DNA from: a virus | Lineage: Duplodnaviria; Heunggongvirae; Uroviricota; Caudoviricetes | Strand: one strand, 5' to 3' | DNA length: 55,949 bases | Virus record (IMG/VR): IMGVR_UViG_3300045988_152564 | Part shown: positions 41,176 to 51,300 of the stretch, piece by piece | How positions within the stretch are numbered: position 1 is the stretch's first letter | How the letters are laid out: the number at the start of each line of letters is the position of its first letter | Notes under the pieces: model-generated | Database searches by the model: none | Seen by the model: the letters and a program-made list of their open reading frames with translations, nothing else | What the model was told of the DNA's origin: nothing | Translations under genes and position numbers: made by a program

Positions 41176-41230
41176 GTTCTCGGCGGTTTTTCGCTGAAAA
41201 CGCCAGGTAACTCCAGATTAGAGCAATCTA

Positions 41231-42076
41231 TCACCCTCTGAATCCTGCCGGTATACCCCATTGTTCGTTATCTTTATTTTTGGCTAAAACCGCATTAAGA
41301 GCTTCGTTTACCGTCATGCAATGCGGCAGATTATCGAAGTTTGATACCCCGCCAATATCAGGAGAACGCTTGTTCTTCAGGTAAGCATATTTCCGCGCTG
41401 CCGCCTCTACTTTCTGCTTGAACTCATGTTTTTGTGCGCGTTTTTTGGATAACCGCAGATTGTCAGCCTTTGCTTTTGCCTCAGCGATCCATGAAGTCAA
41501 TTTTTTGAGTCTGGTCGTTCCGGCACCGCCGGAAACTGATCTTTTTGTTTTTTTAACTTGTGACTTCTTATTCTTTATTGCCACGTCATCCTGACAGGGG
41601 GAGGGGGTATCATTTTGACATGGGGGTGTGGATAAAAAATTAAATAAAGCCAATGTCTTAGCGAGAACAGCTTTAACCTTGGTTGCCGCTGAAGAGATCT
41701 TTAATTTGCTTTCAATCAGCGCATTTTTGGCTTGTTGTGCGAAGGCCAAAAAGGATGGCGTAAACCGGTACAGGTTAGCGCGACGTTCACGGTGATCGCC
41801 GATAACAATCTCTACAGACAGAATTCCTTTGTTTACAGCTTCACGGAATGCACGAACGACGGTTGATTGGCTATAACCAGTTTCTGCCGCGATCAGGCGG
41901 TGAGGCTTGTGAATGAAGTATTCACTGGTTGTTGCCGCGAGATTTGCACATTGCGACAGGATATGCCCGGCGCTACGGGATAGACCGGAGTGTGTTACAA
42001 AGCAGGCCAATTCATAGCCAGAAAAAGTAAAATCGCTCATCGTTATACAGCTCAGGAAAGTGACTTTAGCCAGCAT
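41231..42076 (-). CDS. repL: lytic replication protein RepL-like (281 aa)
   Basis: Directly downstream of kilA in the same orientation; length matches remembered P1 RepL. Confidence 0.65.
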   Translation of the reverse strand: MLAKVTFLSCITMSDFTFSGYELACFVTHSGLSRSAGHILSQCANLAATTSEYFIHKPHRLIAAETGYSQSTVVRAFREAVNKGILSVEIVIGDHRERRANLYRFTPSFLAFAQQAKNALIESKLKISSAATKVKAVLAKTLALFNFLSTPPCQNDTPSPCQDDVAIKNKKSQVKKTKRSVSGGAGTTRLKKLTSWIAEAKAKADNLRLSKKRAQKHEFKQKVEAAARKYAYLKNKRSPDIGGVSNFDNLPHCMTVNEALNAVLAKNKDNEQWGIPAGFRG

Positions 42077-42105
42077 TACAATGCTGGTGGTTCTTACTAC
42101 GTCTG

Positions 42106-42906
42106 TTAGCGCGTTGCTGCGACAGGTACCAGCACACCAGCATCAAGCAATCGCTTCATCAGCCACTGCTGACCTTTGCCGGTTATACGAGTCGTGAAAG
42201 AAATCCTGCTTCCATTGCTTGTATCGATCACGGTTTCTTTAAGGGTGAAATACCCACGGGATATGTATTCTTGTTTGGGGACGTTCCTGCGTTCACCGGT
42301 TGCGATCAGAATTCCGTTATCACGCAACCAGGTGAAGAGATAGTTTTGGCCCAGGCCGAGCACTTTGGCATAGTTGCCGATTAGAACCCCGCTGGCGGTA
42401 GCAACGCGTTCGGCGAATTCGACTTTAGGTGCATCCATAAGCATTTTTTGCTCCAGCCGTTGCTTTTGCTCTGCCAGGTCGGCAGCCAAACGGAGAGCTT
42501 CAGGGAGACTCTGCGGAATAGCAGGTTGTAATCTTCCGGCTCGATAGTCGATAAATGTCTGGTTTACCTTCAGCCGAAACGCGGGAGAAATCCAGCCTGC
42601 GTACTCCACAGCGAGCAATTCATGGGCAAAAGTGCCGCCGCCACGGCCTTCGAACGAAACTATGCAATTCTGCATAGTTTCTTTTTCAAGCTCTTCGATG
42701 AGCTGTTTGGCTGACAGCGTTCTTAGCCATTGAGCTGGCGCTTTATGGGCACCGAGTCCGCTCGCTCTGTGTAGAGCATTAAGGTTGTAACGGCCAGCGC
42801 GGTCGGTCGTAATTTCAACACCACAAATAACAGGCAGAGTGGTTGAAGGATCGACATTTTGATGAAGGTTTGATATATTCATATCCGCATTGAATGTTTG
42901 TTGCAT
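42106..42906 (-). CDS. kilA: KilA (KilA-N domain plus antirepressor-like C-terminal domain, 266 aa)
   Basis: N-terminal KilA-N-like region; C-terminal domain paralogous to that of the ant gene; operator 70 bp upstream. Confidence 0.7.
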   Translation of the reverse strand: MQQTFNADMNISNLHQNVDPSTTLPVICGVEITTDRAGRYNLNALHRASGLGAHKAPAQWLRTLSAKQLIEELEKETMQNCIVSFEGRGGGTFAHELLAVEYAGWISPAFRLKVNQTFIDYRAGRLQPAIPQSLPEALRLAADLAEQKQRLEQKMLMDAPKVEFAERVATASGVLIGNYAKVLGLGQNYLFTWLRDNGILIATGERRNVPKQEYISRGYFTLKETVIDTSNGSRISFTTRITGKGQQWLMKRLLDAGVLVPVAATR

Positions 42907-42975
42907 TTTTTCTCCAAATTTGCATCAACCTTCAATCACCAGCTCGAAATGGTGATTCTTTGCACTTAGAAAACG

Positions 42976-42992
42976 AAATTTATTAGAGCAAA
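42976..42992 (-). promoter_or_regulatory. C1-operator-like site upstream of kilA (reverse complement TTTGCTCTAATAAATTT)
   Basis: 16/17 match. Confidence 0.65.
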
Positions 42993-43035
42993 TTTTTCTG
43001 ACTCGATCCAGATCGGGTTGGACGATCTGCTCAGA

Positions 43036-43069
43036 AACCTGCCAGTTTGCTGGCAGGTTTTTTTCTTTT
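43036..43069 (+). terminator. plus-strand rho-independent terminator between ant and kilA
   Basis: AACCTGCCAG-TTTG-CTGGCAGGTT followed by T7 then cTTTTG. Confidence 0.5.
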
Positions 43070-43070
43070 G

Positions 43071-44114
43071 TTAACCTATTGCTACTGGTTTTAACAAACC
43101 AGCATCAAGTAGCTTGCGAGTTAACCACTGCTGGCCTTTACCCGTTAATTGGGGCGTCAGCCGTATCTGGTAGCCATTTTCATCATCCAGCACCACTTCT
43201 TTCACCGTGAAATACCCGGCGTTGATGTACTGTTGGCGCGGTACGTTTTTGCGCGCACCAAAAGCCATGAGAATGCCGTTCTGGCGCAACCATGAGAAAA
43301 GGGCGTTTTGCTTAAGTCCAACGACCTTTGCAAAGTTCCCGATCAGGATTCCATTGGCCGCTGATACCCGGTCGGCAAAATCGACTTTAGGGGCTGCGGC
43401 CACCAGCTGCTGTTCCAACTGCATTTTCTGTTCTGCCAACTCGGCAGCCAGGCGTAGAGCTTCTGGTAATGTTTGGGGGATCGATGGGGCAGGGGAGTTT
43501 GCCTGCTGCAATTCTTCCAGTTTGTCGATCAGCGAACGGCGGACCGCTTTTGACTCACGCGCGGCGACTCGCAAGGCTTGTTTGTAGGTCATGGTGATGA
43601 CCTCAAAAGAGCGCCCAGCCCTTGTGCCATGGGATTTTGCACTTTTTGTGTAAAATTCACCTTCAAGTTCATCGAGTATTTTTTCGATGAATTTATTGTT
43701 TCTAACCTCTGGTTCTCCACATAACTTGCGTGCCTCATTGACCATCTTCAACAATGTTTGGCTGTCGATTGTGTCTCCGGTGTTGGGGATGACATTCACG
43801 GCTGGTGTTGGCGTAGCTGACGTAACAGGTGCTGGTTTCTCAACATTCAAATTTTTACCGGTCACTCTATGTGCCTCCTTTCTCATTTCTGCTGCCACTG
43901 TTGCGTAACGTAGACGTCCTTGTTCAATCAAATAATCCCTGATCTCGGCTATCAGTAGCCTGTTGATCACAGCCTTATCTGTTCGGGTATAAAAACGTCT
44001 GGTTATCATGAAATAGTTAGCAATTGCGCCGGGGATCTCCCGTGTCGGCATACAGGCAGTATGCAAGGCGATCGCTTCGGCTATTTCATTACGGGTGACG
44101 AGAGGTGTTTTCAT
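43071..44114 (-). CDS. ant: antirepressor Ant (347 aa); a shorter in-frame product is possible
   Basis: C-terminal antirepressor-type domain shared with KilA; start overlaps icd stop. Confidence 0.7.
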   Translation of the reverse strand: MKTPLVTRNEIAEAIALHTACMPTREIPGAIANYFMITRRFYTRTDKAVINRLLIAEIRDYLIEQGRLRYATVAAEMRKEAHRVTGKNLNVEKPAPVTSATPTPAVNVIPNTGDTIDSQTLLKMVNEARKLCGEPEVRNNKFIEKILDELEGEFYTKSAKSHGTRAGRSFEVITMTYKQALRVAARESKAVRRSLIDKLEELQQANSPAPSIPQTLPEALRLAAELAEQKMQLEQQLVAAAPKVDFADRVSAANGILIGNFAKVVGLKQNALFSWLRQNGILMAFGARKNVPRQQYINAGYFTVKEVVLDDENGYQIRLTPQLTGKGQQWLTRKLLDAGLLKPVAIG

Positions 44115-44332
44115 AACCCCCCCTGAACGTCGGCAGAGAAGGGGAGGCTCCAGTAACTAAGTGAATTGCGCGAGTTAGTTGAAAAACGGGCAGTAAAAAT
44201 GCAGGGGCCATCAGGCAATTGAGAGCGTGCTTCGTCTTCTGTTGCTGCGATAACGAAGTGATAGTGGTGTTTTTTACAGGAATAGAAACGCCAGATGAAT
44301 TCTTGGCGTGCGCAAGGATTGGCATTAACCAT
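44111..44332 (-). CDS. icd: Icd-like small protein (73 aa from internal start MVNANPCARQEF)
   Basis: 73-aa ORF ending in an ATGA overlap with ant, as in P1 immI; the longer 139-aa reading is unlikely. Confidence 0.6.
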   Translation of the reverse strand: MVNANPCARQEFIWRFYSCKKHHYHFVIAATEDEARSQLPDGPCIFTARFSTNSRNSLSYWSLPFSADVQGGL

Positions 44333-44384
44333 AGTTACGGCCTCATTCGTAGGTTTAACAACCTGCGCCCCGCTGCTAAACGGG

Positions 44385-44465
44385 TGGCAGGACGTGACGG
44401 GGTTAGCAGACTGGCACGAATGAAACCAGCAGGCCGAAGCCTCCCCATCACGCCCCACCATAATT
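44385..44465 (-). ncRNA. candidate c4-type antisense RNA region (coordinates approximate)
   Basis: Between operator and icd; stem GGTGG...CCACC with internal UUCG hairpin, and two copies of GTTTAGCAGC on the same strand that could be paired targets. Confidence 0.3.
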
Positions 44466-44646
44466 CGGGCGTAACGTGGTTTTACGGACACAAAAATTCC
44501 GCAATATCGGATATCTGCGGTTGTCCGCATTCGTATTCAGGCTGCTAAACCCGGTCGCAGAATTTGCTACGACGGCGGAACTATAAGCCTGAACGATTAA
44601 AAGGTCAATATGATGCGAAAAGATAGCATTCGCGACTTAAAAATAC

Positions 44647-44663
44647 AAATTTATTAGAGCATT
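44647..44663 (-). promoter_or_regulatory. C1-operator-like site upstream of the c4/icd/ant block (reverse complement AATGCTCTAATAAATTT)
   Basis: 16/17 match; adjacent 9-bp-arm palindrome ATTTGTGCA-ataaa-TGCACAAAT. Confidence 0.65.
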
Positions 44664-44759
44664 ATTTGTGCAATAAATGCACAAATGGATCTAATAACCT
44701 CTTTTTTTTAAAGGCGAAAATATGTACCCTAAATGGGTTATAAGGCAGGTGAGATTATA

Positions 44760-44891
44760 ATGAGAAGACTATTACTACCGTTATTATTTATGGCCGGGAC
44801 TGTTAATGCAGCATCAAGCGTAAAGGAGATTTGTACCGATTATACGAAATACCTTGGGCACGTTTACGCCTTTGCGATCAATGACTATTAA
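44760..44891 (+). CDS. small secreted peptide (43 aa), first ORF of an AT-rich signal-peptide cassette
   Basis: RBS AGGTGAG; signal peptide MRRLLLPLLFMAGTVNA; not in ORF track because shorter than 60 aa. Confidence 0.35.
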   Translation: MRRLLLPLLFMAGTVNAASSVKEICTDYTKYLGHVYAFAINDY

Positions 44892-44912
44892 TCCATGCGT
44901 AGGAGTGGATTT

Positions 44913-45230
44913 ATGCTGATTCGTTTGTTTTTAGTGCTTTCCTTTTTAACATTTAATGTTTTTGCTGATGAAGTTGACTTTTCGAAGGTAGATTGCAATT
45001 CAGTGGAAACAAGAAAAGCTCTTATTGAAGAATATAACGAAATATTATCGTCATATGGAATAACAGTGGTTGATTCTTATAATCAAAAAACTATTCAGAA
45101 AGGAATAAATAAACTGGTTTGTTATGGTGTTTACCAATATTCAGATGGCTCTTCGGAGTATGTTATTTATAAAGCATACCCAAATAGTCTTGGTGAATTG
45201 ATTAGTGAGTTTAAACCGATTAATGAGTGA
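44913..45230 (+). CDS. secreted protein (sim-like cassette; ATG at 44913 behind AGGAG)
   Basis: Signal peptide MLIRLFLVLSFLTFNVFA; low GC. Confidence 0.45.
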   Translation: MLIRLFLVLSFLTFNVFADEVDFSKVDCNSVETRKALIEEYNEILSSYGITVVDSYNQKTIQKGINKLVCYGVYQYSDGSSEYVIYKAYPNSLGELISEFKPINE

Positions 45231-46017
45231 ATGGAAAATGAAATTATTTAATGTAATAACATTTTGTTGTGCTATTTTTGCTGGAAGCGCGATAGCTGAT
45301 AATAAATTGCCAGATTGGCTTTCTACTTCAAAAAAAGATTATGATTTAGTAAGGGTGTTCTATTTGTCTGGATTTGCCTCGAAAGCAATGAATAATCAAT
45401 TTGGTTATCATTTTCCATCTGAGTTGGTTAATGATTTTAAAGATAATGAATTTGCCGCTCAGGAAAAATGGAATACAATTTCAATTCTATATGGTGAAAT
45501 AAAATCCATAAGAATGGTGAATAATGAACCAATTGTAGAGTTATTTACTCCAGGGGAAAATGCAACGCCACTAAATTATATCAAATTGAAAGTGTTGGAT
45601 TCAAAACAAAACTCTCTGTTAAAACTAAAAAAAGGGGATGATATATATGCAGTGTGCTCCGGTGCTAATTTTAGGTTAGTGCCAATTCTGAGCAACTGCA
45701 CTCCAGCAACTGACGTCATTGATGCTGCACTCTCTTTTTCTGGTGAATATATGTTCCCTGCTTTTGATTCTTTTTCACCTACTAAGCAAAACGTCAAATA
45801 TATATTCACAAATCAAGATCCTGTTCAGATGATGAATTTTATAGGGTACCTATCCTTAGTCGATACAACGAAGGATAAGAATAAAATGGATATGGTTCGT
45901 AAGTGTACGCCTTGGAAGCCGGAATGTTCACAACAATTCGTTGATGTAATGGAAGGATTTGATAACATCATGTATAAATATGAGAGGGAATTTAAAAATT
46001 ACATAGAATTAAAATAG
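45205..46017 (+). CDS. secreted protein (270 aa or from ATG 45238), candidate superinfection-exclusion Sim-like
   Basis: Signal peptide MKLFNVITFCCAIFAGSAIA; AT-rich; sits beside the c4 immunity block as sim does in P1. Confidence 0.45.
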   Translation: MSLNRLMSEWKMKLFNVITFCCAIFAGSAIADNKLPDWLSTSKKDYDLVRVFYLSGFASKAMNNQFGYHFPSELVNDFKDNEFAAQEKWNTISILYGEIKSIRMVNNEPIVELFTPGENATPLNYIKLKVLDSKQNSLLKLKKGDDIYAVCSGANFRLVPILSNCTPATDVIDAALSFSGEYMFPAFDSFSPTKQNVKYIFTNQDPVQMMNFIGYLSLVDTTKDKNKMDMVRKCTPWKPECSQQFVDVMEGFDNIMYKYEREFKNYIELK

Positions 46018-46173
46018 TATTTGAAAGGATAGTCAATTTAAGTTTTAACAAAACGCCCATTAAAGGGCGTTTTATTGTTTTACTCAAAACAATCTGATTA
46101 TGTGATAACCATATCATATTCCTCATTCCACCTACACTGATTACCCCCCCAGACAACAACATTCCTACTCAAT

Positions 46174-46197
46174 GAACAAATGACTACTCGTAGAATC
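46174..46197 (+). promoter_or_regulatory. putative late promoter (gaacaaaTGACTactcgTAGAATc)
   Basis: Third copy of the motif; followed by inverted repeat 46187-46197 / 46211-46221 in the leader. Confidence 0.45.
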
Positions 46198-46203
46198 GGT
46201 TAA

Positions 46204-46794
<591 letters not shown>

Positions 46795-46804
46795 GGGGGC
46801 TGAT

Positions 46805-47416
46805 ATGGGGCTTAATGTTGCTTCAGTAAAGTCTTATGTATCTTCGGCATTAACGACGACATTATTTGGCTCCGGCGTTGGTGAGCGGGAAGTTGGTAAG
46901 CTGACGTCAATCATCATGAACAAAATGCTGTTCGCGCAAGGATGGCAGTTCTCTGTCGAAGTTGATGGTCTGGAGGGGGCAGACTTCTTTGCTAAAGACA
47001 TTACCTACCACGATTACAGCATCGAATATGAAACGATTAAAATCGGCGGAGGGAATATCCTTCAGCCAACGGAGCGTTCGCCTGGGCAGATAACAATGAT
47101 GGTCAGGGATACCGTTGATGGCCTCGTTTTGGACTGGTTTAAGACGGCAAAAAGTCGGGTGATCAATCCGGACGGTACCGGGAATATACCGTCTAAATAT
47201 TTGCTCAATGTGCGTATTTATCGGTTGCTGTCCTCCGGTTTAACCAAACTGGAAAATGAGATGACGGTATTCCCGGTCACTACCGGCGATGTCACCTATG
47301 CGCGGGATCAGGTTACGGAATTTAAGTCATTCCCAATGACCTTCGCATTGCACAGCACGTTTAACCAATCCTCAAGTTCTTTGGCTTCCCTTCTGGGCTT
47401 TAGTTTTTCTCTTTGA
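46805..47416 (+). CDS. late protein (203 aa)
   Basis: ORF in track, tight spacing. Confidence 0.45.
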   Translation: MGLNVASVKSYVSSALTTTLFGSGVGEREVGKLTSIIMNKMLFAQGWQFSVEVDGLEGADFFAKDITYHDYSIEYETIKIGGGNILQPTERSPGQITMMVRDTVDGLVLDWFKTAKSRVINPDGTGNIPSKYLLNVRIYRLLSSGLTKLENEMTVFPVTTGDVTYARDQVTEFKSFPMTFALHSTFNQSSSSLASLLGFSFSL

Positions 47417-47430
47417 ATTAAGGAGCAAGG

Positions 47431-48312
47431 ATGCTTTTACCCCTTTTCCCGCTACCATCGCGGCCAACTGAATTGATCCAGTTCCGTCAGCCAAATATTG
47501 CTGATGCGATGCGTTTCAACTCGATAACACTGGAGGAACAAGAACAACAGACAACGGCGTATTTAAAAGCCTTGCTGGCTGAACCCGCGAAACATGATCC
47601 CCTGACATGGACGGCGCAGGACCGGATTACCGCGTTATGGTGGATATTTACCGGCTCCCGTGAAACACCGGTCGAGACATTCACCTACACCTGTAAACAT
47701 TGCGGTAAAGAGCATTATTACGATTGCGATATGAATGCTCTGGCTGAAGATATCCAGGTCCTGGAAGTGGAACCTTTCATTGACGATATTGAGGTGTCTG
47801 TAGAGGGAGTACCTTATCAATGGCGTATCGTGCCGCTTGATGGTTGGGCAATGGAAATGCTGGAGATGCGCCGTGCAGCATTGCCACCTGAAGACGACGC
47901 GGAATTCAAAGAAGCGATCGTTGATTTGCGTTTTTGGGAATTCGCTTATCAGTGTGAGCTTTATAACGATGTTAGCGGTACTCGTGAAGATCAGGCTGAG
48001 CGTCGTTATGAAACGATTAAACGGATGGCCATTGATACTGAATTTATGAAGCTGGCTGCACACATCCGGCTGGCTCATGAAAAGCTCGAACATGGTTTAC
48101 CGTGCTACATCGATAAAGGCGAAATGCGTCTTCGTCTCCCGCCGCACAAATGCCCAAACCAGGATACAAAGGAGTCCACAGAGGGTGCGTATACCCGTCT
48201 GTGGGTGCCCTTTCGGGCTACCGACTTCATTCCACAGGTGGGGATTGAAAAGCTATCAGACCTTAGTGTCCAACCTGGTTTTGTATGGGGGTATACCGAT
48301 TCAGGACGCTGA
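47431..48312 (+). CDS. late protein (293 aa)
   Basis: ORF in track. Confidence 0.45.
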   Translation: MLLPLFPLPSRPTELIQFRQPNIADAMRFNSITLEEQEQQTTAYLKALLAEPAKHDPLTWTAQDRITALWWIFTGSRETPVETFTYTCKHCGKEHYYDCDMNALAEDIQVLEVEPFIDDIEVSVEGVPYQWRIVPLDGWAMEMLEMRRAALPPEDDAEFKEAIVDLRFWEFAYQCELYNDVSGTREDQAERRYETIKRMAIDTEFMKLAAHIRLAHEKLEHGLPCYIDKGEMRLRLPPHKCPNQDTKESTEGAYTRLWVPFRATDFIPQVGIEKLSDLSVQPGFVWGYTDSGR

Positions 48313-48393
48313 AAGGCTCACTGAATCCTATGCGTTTTTCCTGTTGGAGAAACTGGAAGAAAAACTTAAACCGAAGCGGTAGGCGATAAGATC

Positions 48394-51300
48394 ATGGAAA
48401 GAAAAAACGCCAACATTGACGATGTGATAAGGACGGTTGAAACCGCCAGCGCAAAAGAGCTGGAAGAGCTTGCAGGTATTCGGGAAGCCGTTGAAGATTT
48501 GAAAGGGGGGCGAGTTGCTACAGTTGATCCTGTCTCTCGCAGTGTGTCGGCATTAAATCGCACAATCGAAAATTCACGTCCTGACTTTGTGACCAATGCG
48601 CCATCAGTGGACTCTATTGTTGACGCAATGAAACGGCTTAATTTAGGGGGCGTTTCTCGTATACGGGAGGACAAAGTCACTAACCGTGAACAGCAGGCTG
48701 CACCAACAGCGCACAATCCCCCAAATAGACGAAGAGAGGCAATAACAGAGGATGTTAAAGCACAGCGGTTAGAAACGGTCAAACTCGCTCGTGATTTGAA
48801 AGGGGAACGCGTTGCAACGGTTGACCCAGTATCTCGCAGTGTGTCGGCATTAAATCGAACAATCGAAAATTCCCGGCCAGACTTTGTGGCCAATGCGCCA
48901 TCAGTAGACCCTATTGTTGACGCAATGAAACGGCTTAATTTAGGGGACGTTTCTCGTGTAGTTCAGGAGGGCATTGCTCAACAGGAACAGCAGGCCAAAT
49001 CAACTACACCAAAGGGTAAAAAAAGACGCAGGAAGGCTATAACAGAAGATGTAAAGGCGCAACGGACCGAAGCAGCCGAACACGCTCGCGAAATGTTCGG
49101 TCAAAAAGGCGGTGCGCAAAAAAGCCAAAACCAACGCGATGCGCGTGGTCGTTTTATTGGAAAGTCAGGGAGTAAGGCCGCAGCGGAAGATGCCCGTGCT
49201 GAACGTGCTGAAAAGGCCAGGCGCAAAGAGGATGATGAGCGTCTAAATGCTGAATCAGGTTTATTAAAAAAACTGTCAAAAGTAGCTGAAGGCATAGGTA
49301 ACCCTTCAGAGACTCGTGCCGTCGATGCGTTAGGTTATGCCGTTGCTGGTCCATTGTGGGCAGCAGGGAAGGAGCTTGGCGGGATATCAAAAGAAGTTGG
49401 TGGATCGCTTAATGGTGCCAGAAAGTCTATTGCCGATGTGATTCGTGGCAATGACGATAACAGCCGTAGAAAAGGTTTTTTTAGGCGTAAATCGCAAAAT
49501 AGTGCCGATGTCGTTCAGGTTAACACCCAAAAACGGACGGTTCAGGAACTTCAGGAGCAGACCAGCGAAATTAAAGAGGGCAATGACAAGATTCTCCGCG
49601 CCCTTGATCAGATAGCCAAAAACACCGGGAAAAAGAAGGGCGGCTTGCTGTCCAAACTATTTAGCCTGTTAGGGAAGGGGGCCGGTGGCGTCGCGTCGTT
49701 GTTAATGGGGCGTGGCATGCTGAAAAAAGCTGGAGCACTCGCTTTTGGCGCTCTGGGGGCAAAGAAACTTGTAGGAGTGCTACGCGGTGGTGGCAAGAAG
49801 ACTCTCGCCCATGAAGGCGGAGATTTGGCTGCCCGGGCAGCAGGTAAACTTGGATTAAAGGCAGTTGGTAAAGGGGCGTTACGCGCAATTCCCCTAGTCG
49901 GCACAGTGGCTGGAGGTATTTATGATGCGGTAACCGGTTGGAATGATACAGAAGCGCAACGTCGAGCGTTTGGGCTTAAATCAGGACAAGATCCATCATT
50001 CCAGCAAAAAGCCGCTTATACGTTAGCTAATGTTCTTGATATGGGGGGACTGGTATCTGGTATTAGCAGCGCCATTGGTGAGGTTCTCAAATCACTTGGA
50101 TTTGAGGATATCGGCAATATGTTGCAATCATTTTCGACGGAAAGTATTGCCCAGGCCATTGATAGTGGGATTACCAACTTAGAAACATATATTTCTAACC
50201 TTGGCGACACCATTTCTACCAAGTTCGATGATTACACAGCAAAGATTGGTGATGCTGTTTCAGCATGGTTTAGCGATACATCTAATAAGCTGCTTGAAAA
50301 GCTGGATGCCATCAAAGACTTCTTTACTGTCGATAACCTGAAACAGGTTTTCAGTGATGCAATTGATAGTGCAATTGATTTCATTAAGAACCCAGGGAAA
50401 CACATTAAAGAGGCGGCTGGTAATATTTGGGATGGGGTTAAAAATTTACCAGGTAAAGCATTAGATGCAGCGGTTGATGCCGTTAAAAATACCCCTGCGG
50501 CAATGATTATATCAAAAATACCCAATCCGATCGGCGAGGCTAATGCGAAAGAAATCACTCCAGAGTTAAAAGCTCCGGTTAATAGCCACCAGGAGACGTC
50601 TGATTCTAAAACTGAATCCGATGCCAAACAGAGTAATATTGCTACCCGCGTGATAAATGCGGCACTGGACACAGCGAAAGATAGCAATAAAACAGTTAAA
50701 CAAACTGCCAATCAGATTATCAATGCAAATGCCGTAGAAACGGGCAATAGCGCGTTGCAGAAAATTGATAAAGCTATTGGTCAAAATAGCTCGTCATCAT
50801 CGTCGCTTAATACCACTGGCACCAGGAATGACATTCAGAAAGCTGCGGATACTTACAACAATGGCAACTTAGATGTAAAAGTCGGAAGTCTTGGCGCTGA
50901 AGGTAAGGCAAATCTCGATAAGTTGGCTCCGTATTTTGCCGAACTAGAGAATAAATACGGTCTTCCAGAAGGCACTCTTTACGCGATTGCTGCAACTGAA
51001 TCTGGTGGTAATCCGTATGCAAAATCCCAAACCGGTGCTCTGGGGATGTTTCAGTTCACGGGGATTGCTCGTGAAGAGACTGGCTTAGCTGAAGGTGAAT
51101 CGTTTGATCCTGTGAAATCGGCAGAAGCTGCGGCTCTTCTCATGAGCAAGTATCTGAAGCAAGCCAATGGAGACTTAAACGAGGCCATCACTGCATATAA
51201 TGCTGGGTTTGGCACTATTAATAAGTGGAAAAAAGGCACAGGTGACTTATCGAAAGAAAACCGTGAGTACGCGATCAAGGTCAATACTCATCGTGCTCGC

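Noticed and set aside
44111-44530. Full-length 139-aa ORF upstream of ant
   Set aside because: Only the last 73 codons have a sensible start and context (icd-like); the upstream part covers the structured candidate c4 RNA region
48366-48893. Minus-strand 175-aa ORF inside sit
   Set aside because: Antisense to a well-supported long gene and lying on the internal tandem repeat, which inflates ORF length artificially
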